A DNA stretch of 64,000 bases, taken from NCBI RefSeq assembly GCF_963921235.1, contig NC_086108.1:27034001-27098000 (forward strand), in the 5' to 3' direction. The notes under the pieces were generated by a model. The model saw only the letters and a list, made by a program, of their open reading frames with translations, was not told where the DNA came from and searched no databases. How positions within the stretch are numbered: the first letter of the stretch is position 1; each line of letters starts with the position of its first letter. The position numbers and the translations under genes are program-made. The stretch is from Mobula hypostoma. Lineage: Eukaryota. Below, piece by piece: positions 37,101-50,450 of this stretch.

Positions 37101-37520
37101 CCTATATCATTAGTACCTACATGCACCACAACAGTTGGCTGCTCACCCTCCCCTTTCAGAATGCCCTGCAGCCTCTCTGAGACATCGCTGACCCTTGCAC
37201 CAAGAGGCAACACACTATACTGGAGCCCCGTTTGCGGCCACAGAAGTTCCTGTCTATTCCCCTTTCCCTGGCATCCCCTACCACAACAGCTCTGCCACTC
37301 TTTTTCTTGCCCTCATGCGCAGCAGAGCCACTCACGGTGCTGTGATCCTTCACCTGGTGAGCCATCTCCCCCGACAGACTCCAAAGCAGTATATCTGTTT
37401 TGGAGGAAGATGACCGCAGGAGACTCCTTGACTACCTTCCTGCTACTACTCTTCCTGCTGGTCACCCATTCCCCATCTTTCCTTAGATCCTTAAACTGCG
37501 GTGTGACCAACTCACTAAAT
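31193..37520 (-). mobile_element. Near-full-length CR1 LINE (ORF1 SGNH esterase + ORF2 APE/RT), interrupted in ORF1 by a younger CR1
   Basis: (AACATAAG)n tail at 31193. RT in ORFs 31514-32994. APE start YLNARSIRNK...VITETWL in 33754..34218. ORF1 esterase: GARVSDVSERL...VVHVGTNDIG...VIISGLL (37010-37365), continuing as PEPHASQ...WLGRWCRREGFRF (34245-34410). Confidence 0.92.
34413..36988 (-). mobile_element. Younger CR1 LINE, 5'-truncated within APE, (TAGAAACA)n tail
   Basis: ORFs 34491-36808 carry RT and APE C-terminal motifs; same subfamily as 6851-9095. Confidence 0.92.
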
Positions 37521-37524
37521 CTGC

Positions 37525-39790
37525 TGATGCTGGAAGGGTAATTTGAGGTTAAGAGAGAGATAGTATCGGAAGATTTGAAAAACATTAGGATGGATAAGTC
37601 CTGGGGCCAGTGTGGGTATACATCATGTTTCTCGGAATTCAAGGGAAGAAATTGCTGTGCCATTGCTGATCATCTTTGTGTTCTTACTGTACCCAGGAGT
37701 AGCAGCAGAACATTGGAGAATGGTAAATGTTCCTTTGTTTGAGGAAGGTAATAGGAATAATCCTGGGAATTATAAACCAATGAGTTTTACATCAATTGTG
37801 AGCAAACTATTAGAGAGGATTCTTATAGGCAGTATTTATAGCACAGTATTTGCATGTCAAATGGTTGTAGCGAGGTGTCTAGTCTGGTCCTGCAGTGGGT
37901 AGTAAGTAAAGACTTATTCATTAAGCTCTCCTTTTCACGAGGTGTTTCCAGTGGTGGAAACGAGAGTGACAAGCACTACCCATAAGTCTCTACTTGCCTG
38001 TATGTAGCCTATCCAGCAGCAAGCCTCATGTCGTGCCTCCTCAGAGGCGACACATGGAAACTGAACTCTTTTCGGACTGAGGCTGAACTACAGAGGACGG
38101 AGAGGAGGTCTGGCCCCTGCACACAGGGACCACCAGCATGTGGCCGTGCCCTGGTGCTCGTGACCAGATCCCCGGTTGTGGGTAAGTAGCCCCACTGCCT
38201 TGTGGGCAGCCTTGGGAGAGGCGAAGGCCACGGGAGTAAACCCAGACAAAAAAATCTAGAGTGGGACCTCTAAGGCAGCTGGACATCAGTGGTCATCCTT
38301 CCAGCAGCTCCTGCAACCAAGCTGGTGCCAAATGTATTGCCTCGCGTTCCCTTGGACTACACCAGTGAGGCCAAGAGAGGGATCTCGACGACTGGGCGTC
38401 CCAAGAATTCCATTCCTTCTGCTCAGGCTTGTGCCCTGGAGAGGTCAACTCTACAATGGACTGACCTATAGCACACACCCATTGTCCTTAAAGACAGACA
38501 GATGCTAACATCATCATCATTGTGTGAGCATTTGCAGAATCCTATTCTAATTAGAGACAGTCATCGTGGCTTTGTGGGGCAGATGATGCCTTACGAGCCC
38601 GACATGACTTTTTTCCAGGAAGTAAATGAACAATTTGATCGGGGTAGAGCAGTGGATGCAGTATTTATGGATTTTAGCAAGGCATTTTCTGCGGTACGCT
38701 CATTCAAAAAGTCATGAAGCATGGGATCCAGAGAAACGTGGTTTCATGGATTTGGAATTGGCTTGCCCACAGGAGGCAGTGGTCTGTAGTAGATGAAGTG
38801 TATTCTGCCTGGTGATCCATGAATTGTGGTGTTCTGCAGGGATATAATCTGGGACCGGTGGTCTTGGTGATTTTTATAAAGCACTGAGATAAAGAAGTAG
38901 AACGGAGTGTTAGTAAGTTTGCAGATGACATGATGGTTGGTGGAGTTGTGGATAGTGTTGAAGATTGTCGTAAGTTACAACGGTACATTGACAGGAAGTA
39001 GCAGATGGAGTTCTATCCAGGAATGTGTCAAGTGATACACTTTAGAAAGTTGAACTTGCAGGCAGAGTGCAGAGTGTTACAAATGGTAGCGTTTTTAATG
39101 GTGTGGAGGAACAGAGAGATCTTGGGATCTAAGTCCATAGATCTGTCAAAGTTGCTGCGCAGGTTGATAGGATGGTTAAGAAGGTGTATGGTGTGTTCAC
39201 CTTCATTAGTTGAAGAATTGAGTTTAAGAGTTGTGAGGTAATGTTCTTCCCTAAAATTTTGTTTAGATTATATTTGCAGTGTTGTGTTCGGTTCTGTTAA
39301 CTCATCATAGAAAGAATGTAGAAGCTTTAGTGAGTGTGTAGAGGATACTTACCAGGGTGCTGCCTGGATTGGAGAATGTGTCTTATGAGGCAATGTTGAA
39401 CAAGTTAGGGTTTTTCTCTTTGGAGCGAAGCAGGATAAGAACTGATGTGAAAGAGGTGTAAAAGATGATAAGAGGCATAGACTGAATGTGTGGTCAGTGC
39501 CTTTTTAACTGGGTGGCAATGGCTAATACAAGGGAACATGCTTTTGAAGTGATTGGGGGAAAGTATCAGAGGGATTTCAGAGGTAGGTTTCTGTACACAA
39601 ACAGTTGTAAATACATGACACACTTTGCCAGGTGGTGGTAGAAGCAGATTTAACAAACCCTTGGATAGGCACGTGGATGATAGAGACATGGGGAGGCTAT
39701 GTGGGAAGGAAGGTTTGGATTGATCTTGGAGTAGGTTAAAATGGCACTATAACCTCGTGGACAGGAGGGTCTGCACTATGCTGTAATGTT
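37525..39790 (+). mobile_element. Old, degraded CR1 LINE (RT to 3' end), interrupted by an RTE-derived element
   Basis: DKSWGP, NPGNYKPMSFTSIVSKLLERIL, DAVFMDFSKAF and KFADDM remnants. Confidence 0.75.
37845..38521 (+). mobile_element. RTE-derived non-autonomous element (related to 58086-58640), (CAT)n tail
   Basis: Shares blocks CTGCCTTGTGG, GGGAGTAAA.CCC, CTGGTGCCAA, TTCCCTTGGACTACA and CAGGCTTGTGC.CTGGAGAG with 58086-58640; ends AACATCATCATCAT. Confidence 0.55.
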
Positions 39791-39986
39791 CAAATTTCTC
39801 CTGTTTTAATTTCTGGATGCAGTTTCCCATGCAAATTCAGATGGACATTTAAATTCAGAACAGTTCGTTTGGTGACTCTTATAAAAATCACCATTTCATC
39901 TTGTGTGTCTGTAAACAACAGGTATAGTTTTAAGGTAAGGAGTAAAATGTTTAGGGTACATACAAGTTAGATTTTTTCATCTAGAT

Positions 39987-40050
39987 TAGGGATTCCCAAC
40001 CCTTGGCTAATGGTAGGAGTCCATGGCATAAAAGAGGCTGTGAACCTCTG
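39987..40050. mobile_element. Tiny hAT MITE (same family as 5613-5691, opposite orientation)
   Basis: TAGGGATTCCCAAC...GTGAACCTCTG; flanks ATCTAGAT/AGGTAGAT. Confidence 0.5.
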
Positions 40051-40149
40051 AGGTAGATGGTGATTTAAATGAGGTATGCACTGCCTGAGAGGACGATAGG
40101 GGGAGAGGCACTCAGAACTTTGAAGACATATCTAGATGAGCACTTGAAC

Positions 40150-40540
40150 TAAGGGCAGCGCAATGGTGCATCTGGTAGTGCTAACTCCTCACAGTATTAA
40201 CGACCTAGGTTCATTTCTAATCCTGGGTGCTGCCACAGTCTGCTGATAACTGCCTAATATTCCTCTTTAGGGGTACCAATACCATTAAGCAATGGGTCCA
40301 TGGGCCCCAGGTGCTCCGATTTCCTTCCCTATATCAAAATCTTGTGGATTGGTAGGTTATTTGACCACTCCAAGTTACTCCTGATGTTGGTAGAATATGT
40401 AGAGACTTGGAAAGTATGTGGAAAGAACAAAAAGTGAGATTATTGTTGGATGAGTGCAAAACAGAAGGTTGATGGTTAGTATAGCTCAGTGGGCTGAAGG
40501 GTCTGTTTCAATACTGTATCTCAATGATTCTATGAACCAT
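40150..40540 (+). mobile_element. Degraded V-SINE (HE1-like) with CR1-like tail
   Basis: tRNA-like head (GGCAGCGCAATGGTGCA..TGGTAG; GACCTAGGTTCA), GGTGCTCCGATTTCCTTCC, and tail GGGCTGAAGGGTCTGTTTC...ATGATTCTATGA. Confidence 0.55.
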
Positions 40541-40738
40541 CAGGACATTGAAGACTATGGAACAAGTGCTGGTAGATTGGATTAGTATAGATGGATGCTC
40601 GAAGGGGCCTGCCGCTCTTCTGTACCTCTCTTTGGCTCTATTCTTGATGTACATTTCCTGCAGGTCTGTTCAACCCCTATTTCCACTCTGCATCCAGATC
40701 ACTTGCAGCAGCTTTGAGGAATCACTTGCTTTTTTCAT

Positions 40739-40759
40739 GCGTGTGTGTGTGTGTGTGTG
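40739..40759 (+). repeat. (GT)n microsatellite
   Basis: About 10 GT units. Confidence 0.8.
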
Positions 40760-41649
40760 TTTTTTATAGTTATGAACTTGGTCTATGTGCGACTGCGAGC
40801 GGCTTTTAAGCTGCTGATTAACGAGTACATTTATTATCCTAGTTTCGGAAGACAGCTAAGGATTTTAATATGTCTCTTAACACTCCTACCACCATCACTC
40901 ATTAATTTATTCATGATTTCCTCTGCTAGGATGCTAAGGTGGGGGGTGACGGGGCAAATTTTGAGCTTGTCCATGCAACATTGGAACACCCAGTTTTCTC
41001 ATGATAATGAAATTCCATTAGTTGAATAAAAACCCAAAGGAAGAAGCTGTGCCTGACAGACTGACAAGTCATTTAAATACATTCTCAAAATCAGCTCGCA
41101 CGTCCCCACTCTTCAGGCACATCCGCTCTCAATGCCTACAGTGCTGACCTAATCGATTATCTTTCAAAAGAAAATGTTTGTATCTAATTCAAACAGCGAG
41201 GCTGAATTTCTTTTTTATTAGGAGAAGGGGGAACTTACTATTCCTGAGGTAAAGTATTTATTGTGTTCAGAATAAAATGCAACTTCAGCCTAATTTTTCA
41301 CATTTGGAGTGGAGCATTTGAAACGCCTAGAAGAAACGGCCCATCACTAACGTAGAGGAAGAGCAGAACTCCTGTGGCTAGCTACTCCAGTTACCAGTAA
41401 GATGAACATGCTGAATTTGGACTGTTAAAAATGCTTGAGATTCGAAGCAAATGCTCACCAATTATGCACCCACTGCACTCAGAGGTTAGTTGCACACCTG
41501 ATTGCAGGCAGGATATTTCTGAAAGCTGGACTGCAAGAACAGCTGAATTTTAATTGAGTTCAGTTATGGGGATTAGATTCAGCAGCCTGATTAAAAAGGG
41601 GTACCTGGTTGATCAAACTGTATTGGGATGCTCCCAACATTACAAGTCT

Positions 41650-42100
41650 CATCACACATCACACAAACCAATCTTCCATCCTTGGACTCACTTTACACCG
41701 CACGCTGTCGGAGCAGTGTTGCCAGGATAATCAAGGACACGATCCACCAGCCAACACACTTTTCGTCCCTCTTCCCTCAGGGAGAAGGCTCAGGAGCTTG
41801 AAGACTCGTACGGCCCGATTTAGGAACAGCTTCTTTCCAACTGTGATAAGACTGCTGAACGGATCCTGACCTGGATCTGGGCCGTACCCTCCAAATACCC
41901 AGACCTGCCTCCCGGTTTTTTTTGCACTACCTTACTTTCTATTTTTCTATTTTCTATTTATGATTTATAATTTAAATTTTTAATATTTACTATCGATACA
42001 TAATCCAGGGAGTGGGAAGTGCAGAATCAAATATTGCTGTGATGATTGTATGTACTAGTATCAATTGTTTGGTAACAATAAAGTATAAAGTAAAGTAAAG
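41650..42100 (+). mobile_element. Rex1/Babar LINE 3' end
   Basis: PANTLFVPLPSGRRLRSLKTRTARFRNSFFPTVIRLLN* (ORF 41609..41869); (AAAGT)n tail at about 42079-42100. Confidence 0.8.
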
Positions 42101-45100
42101 CCCTGGCCAACATTAATCGGCAATGCTTGAGGATAATATAAGCTCAATAGGCAGGCAACCTCATCACTAGCCCAGTTGTAGGCAGTCAAATTCAACACCA
42201 AATGCAAATTTGTGCTGAGAAATTCAGCTCCTGGTAATTATGCTCATGTATATTGACAACAGTGCATCCTGTCTTCAATCTATGTTTCCATTGATCTCAG
42301 TTGTACATGATTCTTTATTGGGATTGTTTTTCCAGGCAGCTGGTTACTTCAAACTATTATAAAGAGGATAAGCAAATTTTCGAAACACAGTTGCATTTTT
42401 CAGAACACAAATGCAACCGTCGAGATGGTTAATGCAGAGAATTCCCCAATGGCCATCTATATTAGAATGAAAAGGGTTCCCCAAGGTGAGAGGAGGAAAT
42501 TTTAAATAAGATGTGCCAGGCACATTTTTTTTACAGAGTGGTAGGTGCATGGAACAGACTGTAATGGGTAATGGTGGAAGAAGATATGATTGTGATATTT
42601 AGGCATCTGTTAAACACACACATATGCAGGGAATGGAGGGATATGGATCATGTGCAAGCTGAAAAGATTTAGCTGAATTTGTCCCAGACGTAATGGGCTG
42701 TAGGGTTTGTTCCTGTGGAGAACCGCTCTGTTCAATCAGCATGCAACTCAATTCATCAAAATACAGGGGCCATCAGAGAATTGAATCCAATCCTGCACAC
42801 GCACTACTCACACAATGCTGGATCAACTCTGACATTCTGTGAATGAATAAAACAAAATCACTGCTTTGCTTGAAGTTTGCTCATTGAAGTGAATTAAGAG
42901 CAGACCAGGATTCTGACAACACACTGGGAAAGTCGCTGAATAGCCACCAGGACATTGGGAAGGACTCTTTTGTGAGATGATCACATGGAAAGCATTAGGA
43001 ACCACGCTTATTCTTTAATGAGATTTGCTGAGCAGATTTTTCTAATGAACTAACAGAGGGCGTTTCTGTGCATTAACGGCCTTGCTGTTAACTGAGCACT
43101 CACTCCTAATTAGCGAGTGCTTCTCCTCCATCTGAAGTGACTTAATGAAAGCACCTTCCTCTGAACCCCAAGATCAAGTGCAGAAGCATTATCTGCTTCT
43201 CAGGTGGCTGTGAAAGCTTCATTATTCAAAGAAATACAAACAATTCCTGCATATTCACCAAAAACTGGTTCCTTTGTCACTCTCTCACCACTGCTTATGC
43301 TAGGTTTGCCTACAGAACTGATGTGCCTACACTGCAAATCTAAGAACTCCACTACAGAGCACTTTAGGATACTCCAATAGCAGAGAGGATAGTATAGAGC
43401 ACATATTCGTCCATCGTAAGGAAATACTAAAATCTGTAAAACAATAAATATTTCTTTATCTTATTTTGATATGTATATGAAGTTAAGTTGCATCTTACCT
43501 CAGAGTTCCCAATTTGTTTAATGATTTCACATGCTTCTGACTTCCCTGTTGCAGCACGCTGTCAGAGACAACTTGTTAGGTGGGAACCAAGTGTTTTTTC
43601 AATTTACCCTTCTACTAGTTTCATTTAACTGATAACTAAGAGAGATTCAATTGTCCTGTATCTGTTTTGCACTGACTAGATCGATAATCTGTCCTTTAGT
43701 CCTGGTCTTCCCAAATGATGTTTCCATTTGCTTTTGCCATGCTGGAACATACCCACTGTCCTCTGCAAATGAGTGTTGGTGCTTTGGGGGCCGGGGTGAG
43801 TGTGTATGTTTTGAACTGGGAGGTTTGAGTGTGGAGAGCACAGGGCCTGGGAAATGGCCACTCAATGTGTGATGATCCCAACTACGTTCCCACTACCTCA
43901 GGTGATTTGAGTGGGATAAGACCAGCAGGTAATGAAAGAAAATTGAGATGCTTCTATTTAATGTGTGAACAATCCAATCCCCCAATATGTAGAAAAAGCC
44001 AAGGCAATGTGGACCCCTTAGTTGCTTAAAAATGGGCACTCACATGGAATCAAAAATTCTGATGGGTTCTGAGTGAGTCCTATCAGAATAGACAGAAAAT
44101 AGCAGACAGCATTTGTAGGAGCTTTGGGTAAGCATGGTTATAGACGGGGAGCTGTTCCCAGAGATAATCAAGGACTGAATAATTTAACCTGGCATACAAA
44201 GTGAATTGAGAAAAACTAGCTTCCATATGGTTGGAAATGGATCCAAATTCTGACAGGAAGGTGTGCCTTTTAATAAAAATAAAACCATAGTCTACTTCAG
44301 CTCCTTTAAATAGGAGGCTGAATGGGAATTGCCAAGAATTGGACAGGCTTCAGGGCATGTTTAGAATAACACTGAATTATTGCTTATTATGTAGTTGTAG
44401 TACTTGAAGTTATTTGTCCTATGTGCATTACCTCCTTGCTGACAATCAGACAGAGTATCTTAGGATTTGCCTTGTTGGACATTGATTTCTTCTTTTTTCT
44501 ACTACTCTTGTGTAGCTTTCCCTGAACTATCCATTTTTTTCACAACCAACATGGATCAAGCTGGAAAGCTCACCAGCACTTTTATGTTTTGCACAGCATT
44601 CCTGTCCGAGACCATTCCCTAGGTCTGATGGTAATCCATTAATTTCAGTTTCCAAATATGGTCAGTCAGATGAAGAATACAAAATATTCATGCTGGAAAG
44701 AGAAAGAGAGGTGTGATTTAATGCCTTATTAAAAATAAATGCGGCACAAATGTAGGAATGTTTTCTTGACTTTAAAGGAAGTTAATAAAATTGTAATCAT
44801 CTTAAGACATTGTGATTGCTCTTACTGAACTACTGAAGCTTGATATGTCTCTGATGGTTATATTTCCATGAATATTTTACTTACTTTTATTTCTAGCTTT
44901 CCATGTCTTATTCTTCTTTATAAGTTCCTCAAAACACCCTTCCCAAACTGTGGGTCATCTTCTCCATTCTTCCTTTGACACCACTCATCTTCCCTTACCC
45001 ATTGACTGCTCCCTTGAGAGTTTTTCACAAGGTCATTGGCACTTAACAGATCCATATAAGAAAATATATTATGTTTTTAACTTCCCTTTTTATAAGTTTT

Positions 45101-45892
45101 AATTTAACATGCATTTTATCAAAGAGGAGAAGCATAGAGTCCATCGAACCTATAGTATCTACACCAGCTTGTATGTTCCACGTGAATCTCCTCTCACTCC
45201 TCATAATCTTAACTTCTTTTCTCCCATTTATCAAGTCAACTCAAGTTGACTTTATTGTCATGTGAATAAGTTCAGTGAGGTACGATAAAATGAATAACTT
45301 ACAGCAGCATCTCAGGCACAAAGGTACAGACAACACACAGAATATAAATGATATATACAATTATACCATGCAGTGAAAAAAGAAACTTTTTCCCTTGAGT
45401 TATCAGACAGATACTAGCTGGTAACTCTAATTGTCATATCAAGTAGAGTTTTCTTTCTTATAAACTGCGCACCAATATCCAGCCTGGGCTTCTCCAGGAC
45501 TACTCAGTTCCGAAAGACGCCCTCTGTTGTTTTTTAAAATATTTGAGTAATATTGTAATTATTGTTTGATGACACATTTATTGCTGTTTACGTAATGCAT
45601 TGTGGGTTACATGTAAAAGTACGTGAATGTCATATGTCATGATGCTGCCACATCATAAGTGCACACTTCACTTCAAGTAAAAACAAATCCAAGACACATT
45701 GTCTCTGGCTCCCATGTTTTTCTTGCAATTTGTTTTATGTTTTGGTGTTATAAAACATAACAGTGGTGATGAGGGACTTCTAAATGAACACGAAAGTTGA
45801 AGTCCAGCGAGATATTGAAATTTAGGTAAAACAGCACAGCACGTGTCTCTTTAGCAGGGAGAGAGAGAACATCGTCAAGTTAAACAAAAGAC

Positions 45893-47097
45893 CCTTCATT
45901 TTCCATAAAAGAAAAGCTTGATCATTTCTGGATTGTTAGAAGAAAAAATTGGATATAAAATTTTCTTTTATGGAGAACAAAGGAAATAATATGTTTTTGT
46001 GATTTATTCATGGATAATTGTCTCATTTCCTTTGAACAGTTGTCTAATAAATATAATTTGCTTAGATCACATTTTCTCAGACATTTACAGGTTAGAAACT
46101 TTTTGAAGGTTATTTTACTTACTTTTCCGATATCCCATCAAACTGAAATTACAGAAAATATTTTAGGTTTATGATTTAATTACGAAAATACATTTAGGTA
46201 TGTCTGATAAAATTAAGAATGAATGGGAAAGAGAACATCAGGTATCTTTACCCATAGAGAAATGGGAGAAAATTCTCCAACTAGTTAACACTTCTCCAAT
46301 GTGTGCCAGACACACTTTGATACAATTTAAGGTGGTTCGTAAGTCCCATATGTCTAAGGATAAGTTAGCTCGTTTTTATAGTCATATAAATCCTGTCTGT
46401 GACAGATGTAATTCTGAGGTAGCTTCCTTGACACATATGTTCTGGTCTTGCGCTCTTTTGGAAAAATATTGGAAAGACATTTTTGATATTATTTCAGTAG
46501 TTTTACATATTGATTTACAACCTCCTCCTATTACTGCAATTTTTGGATTACCAATGATAGACTTTAGTCATTTATCCCCTTCAGCTTGCCATTGGTTGCA
46601 TATGTTACATTAATAGCCAGAGGATCCATTTTATTTAAATGGAAAGATGTTAATCCTCCTACTAAATTTCAATGGTTTTCCCAAACTATAACATGTTTAA
46701 ATTTGGAGAGGTACCGCTGATCCTTCGGTTAAATTTGAAGAAACTTGGAGGCCATATATTCAACATTTTCATATGATGTGAGTTGACCTTTTCCGAATCC
46801 TTTTTAATAACTTTTTGTTTGTGTATAGAGGAGTGGAGGAAATGACAAATAATGATCTTAACTGATGAAATATGGCAGCCCAGTTTTTGTTTTGATTTTT
46901 TAGTGTAGGGCGTAAAAACTTTTTTTTGAATCCTTTACATGTTCAGTTATTAAGAGATTGGGAGGTTTAAATTAAATATGTTACTCGGAGTTTGTGTCTG
47001 TATACATTAACCGTTATTAATGTAATCCTGATCTCTTTGTATCATTATCATTGTTATGTTTATCAATTTGAAACTCAATAAAATGATTGAAAAAGTA
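45893..47097 (+). mobile_element. L1-clade LINE 3' fragment
   Basis: ORF 46200..46613 has the L1 ORF2 C-terminal CCHC knuckle CDRCNSEVASLTHMFWSC; AATAAA near 47077; 16-bp TSD AAGTTAAACAAAAGAC at 45877-45892 and 47098-47113. Confidence 0.88.
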
Positions 47098-49504
47098 AAG
47101 TTAAACAAAAGACAGGAAACAGATGAATTCACAGGTTAATAAACAATGAGTACCTGCTGACAATAAACATAAATAAAAAAATATATAAATGGCTGGATAC
47201 ATTGGAAAGGTAGATGCATTCAATTGTGCAAAAGATAACTGCATATTCTATACTGAGTGAATTGAGCAATATTTTGAAGTGGATGAAATAGCCAATGAGA
47301 AGAGTGAGCCAGATTTGCTGAGTGCATTGGGTGGAAAAGCATAAAGCTTGCTTAGAAGTTTGACTGCTCCAGCCAAATCAGCTGAAATGAGCTTTGTTGA
47401 TATTGTGAGAGTAATATAGGATCAATTTGAACCAAAATCATTGCTGATTGTGGAACGCTTTAGGTTTCATAAATGGAATCAAAAGGAAGGGAAGAATATT
47501 TCAGCATATATGGCAGAATTGAAGAAGTTTTCTGAGCATTGTCAGTTCAGTAATGGGCTTAGTGATGCACTGAGAGATCATTTAGTTTGTGGAATCGTAC
47601 AAGAAAGCATTCAAGAATGGCTCCTAACTGAAGCACAACTGACATTTCAAACAAAAGTTGAAATTGCTGTATCAGTGGAAACAGCAGACGGAAATGCAAT
47701 TGAGTTGTAGTCAAGAATGAAAGTGAGCTTGAACAAAATTGCAATGTTTAAACAGTAAACGGCCTGGTCAAACAAATTTTGTTACTGTTCTGACAGGGGC
47801 TCACATACACCAGCTCAATGTAGATTTGAAGGTGAAACTTACAGAAAATGCTACAAAGTAGGACACATACAAAGAGAATATTGGCCTGACAAAAATAGGT
47901 AGACTGCTCTGGGATGAGATAAAGATAAAAAGTCATTGCAGTTCAAAATGAGCACTAATTTGCATGTTTTTGATGAAAAATCTGATAATGATGAGAGTGA
48001 CACAGGACTGTGTAGCCTTGAGACTTACAACTTGAAAACCAACAGTAGACAATCAATATGGCTTATGCCAGAAGTCAACGGCAAATATATTAAAATGGAA
48101 TTGGACACTGGGCTTGTATGTAGTAAAAACAGGAGGGCCTGCATTGTGGGAACATAAGTGGCTGAGTTAACTACAACTTGGTTGGAGATCTATCTACTAC
48201 TGCATGTCACATCACCTGTAATAGAGGCAACTAAAAGTGAATTAAGAAAAGTACTGGATGATGCTACAGCTGTGTTCAAGGACAGCATTGGAAAATGTAA
48301 ACATATCATGTGTAAAATAGTGTTAAATAAAAATACCACAAAGCCTGTCTGTTTCTAATACCATCCATAATAAAGTAGACAGTAAGCTAGATTGCATGGA
48401 AACTGAAGGAATTCTTTTTAAGTGTGACTGGAGTCCATGGGCAATGCCAGTGGTCCCAGCAGCAAGGTCAAATAGGTCTGTTAGGATCTGTGGTGATTTT
48501 AAGGTTATCATCTACCCAATACTGAAGGTAGACCAATATTCTCTGCCCAGGATAGAGGATATTTTTGCAAACCTTTCGGGATGAAAATATTTCAGCAAAG
48601 TGGACTTACCTGAGGCCTACCTACAGATGGAGATGGAAGAAGAGTCCAGTGTTTCTTACCATCAATACTCACAAAGGGCTTTATCGCTATAACAGGCTAT
48701 TTTGGAGCAGCATCTGCACCTGCACTCTGGCAGAAAGCAATGGACCAGGTGCTTCCAAGGCTGTCCAGGCACTCGGTGTTACCTGGATGGCGTCAATGTT
48801 ACTGGTAAGGATGACAAGGAGCATCTCCAAAATCTCAAGACAGTGCTAAAAATGTTAGAAGATTATGGATTCAGAGCATGACTAACAACTGTGAATTCTT
48901 TACACCACACCTCACTTACTGTGGCCACACTACTGCTACACAGTACAAGTGTGCTGAGAAAATTCCAGCAGTGGTTAATGCCCCAAGGCCAAACGGTGCA
49001 TTACAATTGTGGACTTTATAAAAATTTGTCAGTTTCTATAATAGATTCCTGCCAAACCTGGCTACGGTGCTCCACCCCTTGAATTCAATACTACAGATCA
49101 AGTAGAAATAGCAATGGACAAAGCAGTGTGAGGTGGCTTTCCAAAAGGTGAAGGAAATGGTGATGACATTTGCACATTATGATCCACATCATCCAGTGAA
49201 ACTTGCCTTGCATTGTTGCAGATGGCAACGCATCTAGAAGAAAGGTGGCCAGAACTGTCGGAACTACTTTCTGCAATCCCAGAGTCAACTCGTACAACCA
49301 CTGTGGTGGAGGCCCCAGAAACTGACACTGTTTCTCAGCCACAAATCTCACTACCAAGCAGAGTAACCTCCCCTTGTCAGGAGAGATATTATCCCACCAG
49401 AGAAAGAAAGAAATTGTGTATTTCATATTTCAGTAATATTTGAGTTATATTGTAAATAGATTGGTGAACGCAGCAGGCCAGGCAGCATCTCTAGGAAGAG
49501 GTAC

Positions 49505-49540
49505 AGTCGACGTTTCAGGCCGAGACCCTTCGTCAGGACT
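49505..49540 (-). ncRNA. Minimal type I hammerhead ribozyme motif
   Basis: Consensus AGTC-CTGACGA-AGG gtctcgg CCT-GAAA-C-GTC-GACT. Confidence 0.85.
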
Positions 49541-50273
49541 AACTGAAGGAAGAGTTAGTAAGAGATTTGAAAGTGGGAGGGGGAGGGGGAGATACAAAAT
49601 GATAGGAGAAGACAGGAGGGGGAGGAATGGAGCCAACAGCTGGACATGTGATTGGCAAAGAGGATACGAGAAGATCATGGGACAGGTGGGGCATTAGCGG
49701 AAGTTAGAGAAGTCGATGTTCATGCCATCAGGTTGGAGGCTACCCAGACGGAATATAAGGTGTTGTTCCTCCAACCTGAGTGATATACTGCGTCCGGTGC
49801 TCCCGATGTGGCCTTCTATATATTGGCGAGACCCGACGCAGACTGGGAGACAGCTTTGCTGAACACCTACGCTCTGTCCGCCAGAGAAAGCAGGATCTCC
49901 CAGTGGCCACACATTTTAATTCCACATCCCATTCTCATTCTGACATGTCTATCCACGGCCTCCTCTACTGTAAAGATGAAGCCCCCCCCTCCCCCTCGTA
50001 CCCCATCTGTTATTTATTTTTATACACACATTCTTTCTCTCACTCTTCTTTTTCTCCCTCTGTCCCTCTGACTATACCCCTTGCCCATCCTCTGGGTTCC
50101 CTCCCCCTTGTCTTTCTCCCCGGACCTCCTGTCCCATGATCCTCTCGTATCCCCTTTGCCAATCACCTGTCCAGCTGTTGGTTCCATCCCTCCCCCTCCT
50201 GTCTTCTCCTATCATTTTGTATCTCCCCCTCCCCCTCCAACTTTCAAATCTCTTACTAACTCTTCCTTCAGTT

Positions 50274-50309
50274 AGTCCTGACGAAGGGTCTCGGCCTGAA
50301 ACGTCGACT
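50274..50309 (+). ncRNA. Minimal type I hammerhead ribozyme motif
   Basis: Consensus AGTC-CTGACGA-AGG gtctcgg CCT-GAAA-C-GTC-GACT. Confidence 0.85.
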
Positions 50310-50450
50310 GTACCTCTTCCTAGAGATGCTGCCTAGTCTGCTGCGTTCACCAGCAACTTTGATGTGTGTTGCTTGAATTCCCAGCATCTGCAGAATTCCT
50401 ATTGTTTTTGTAAATAGATTGTTTGATTAAGCATTCTTTGATGCTTGTAT

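Larger units (their letters stand above)
49464..50407. mobile_element. Palindromic Penelope-like element insertion #3 (inside the Gypsy 3' LTR)
   Basis: Minus arm to 49782, plus arm from 49780 (VIYCVRCSRCGLLYIGET). TSD TTGTAAATAGATTG at 49450-49463 and 50408-50421; the last 2 nt of the left copy could belong to the element. Confidence 0.92.

Noticed and set aside
43651..43872. Possible host exon (Cys-rich ORF, GG/GTGAGT donor-like site near 43795)
   Set aside because: No recognisable domain, no partner exons and no convincing acceptor; cannot be supported without RNA data.
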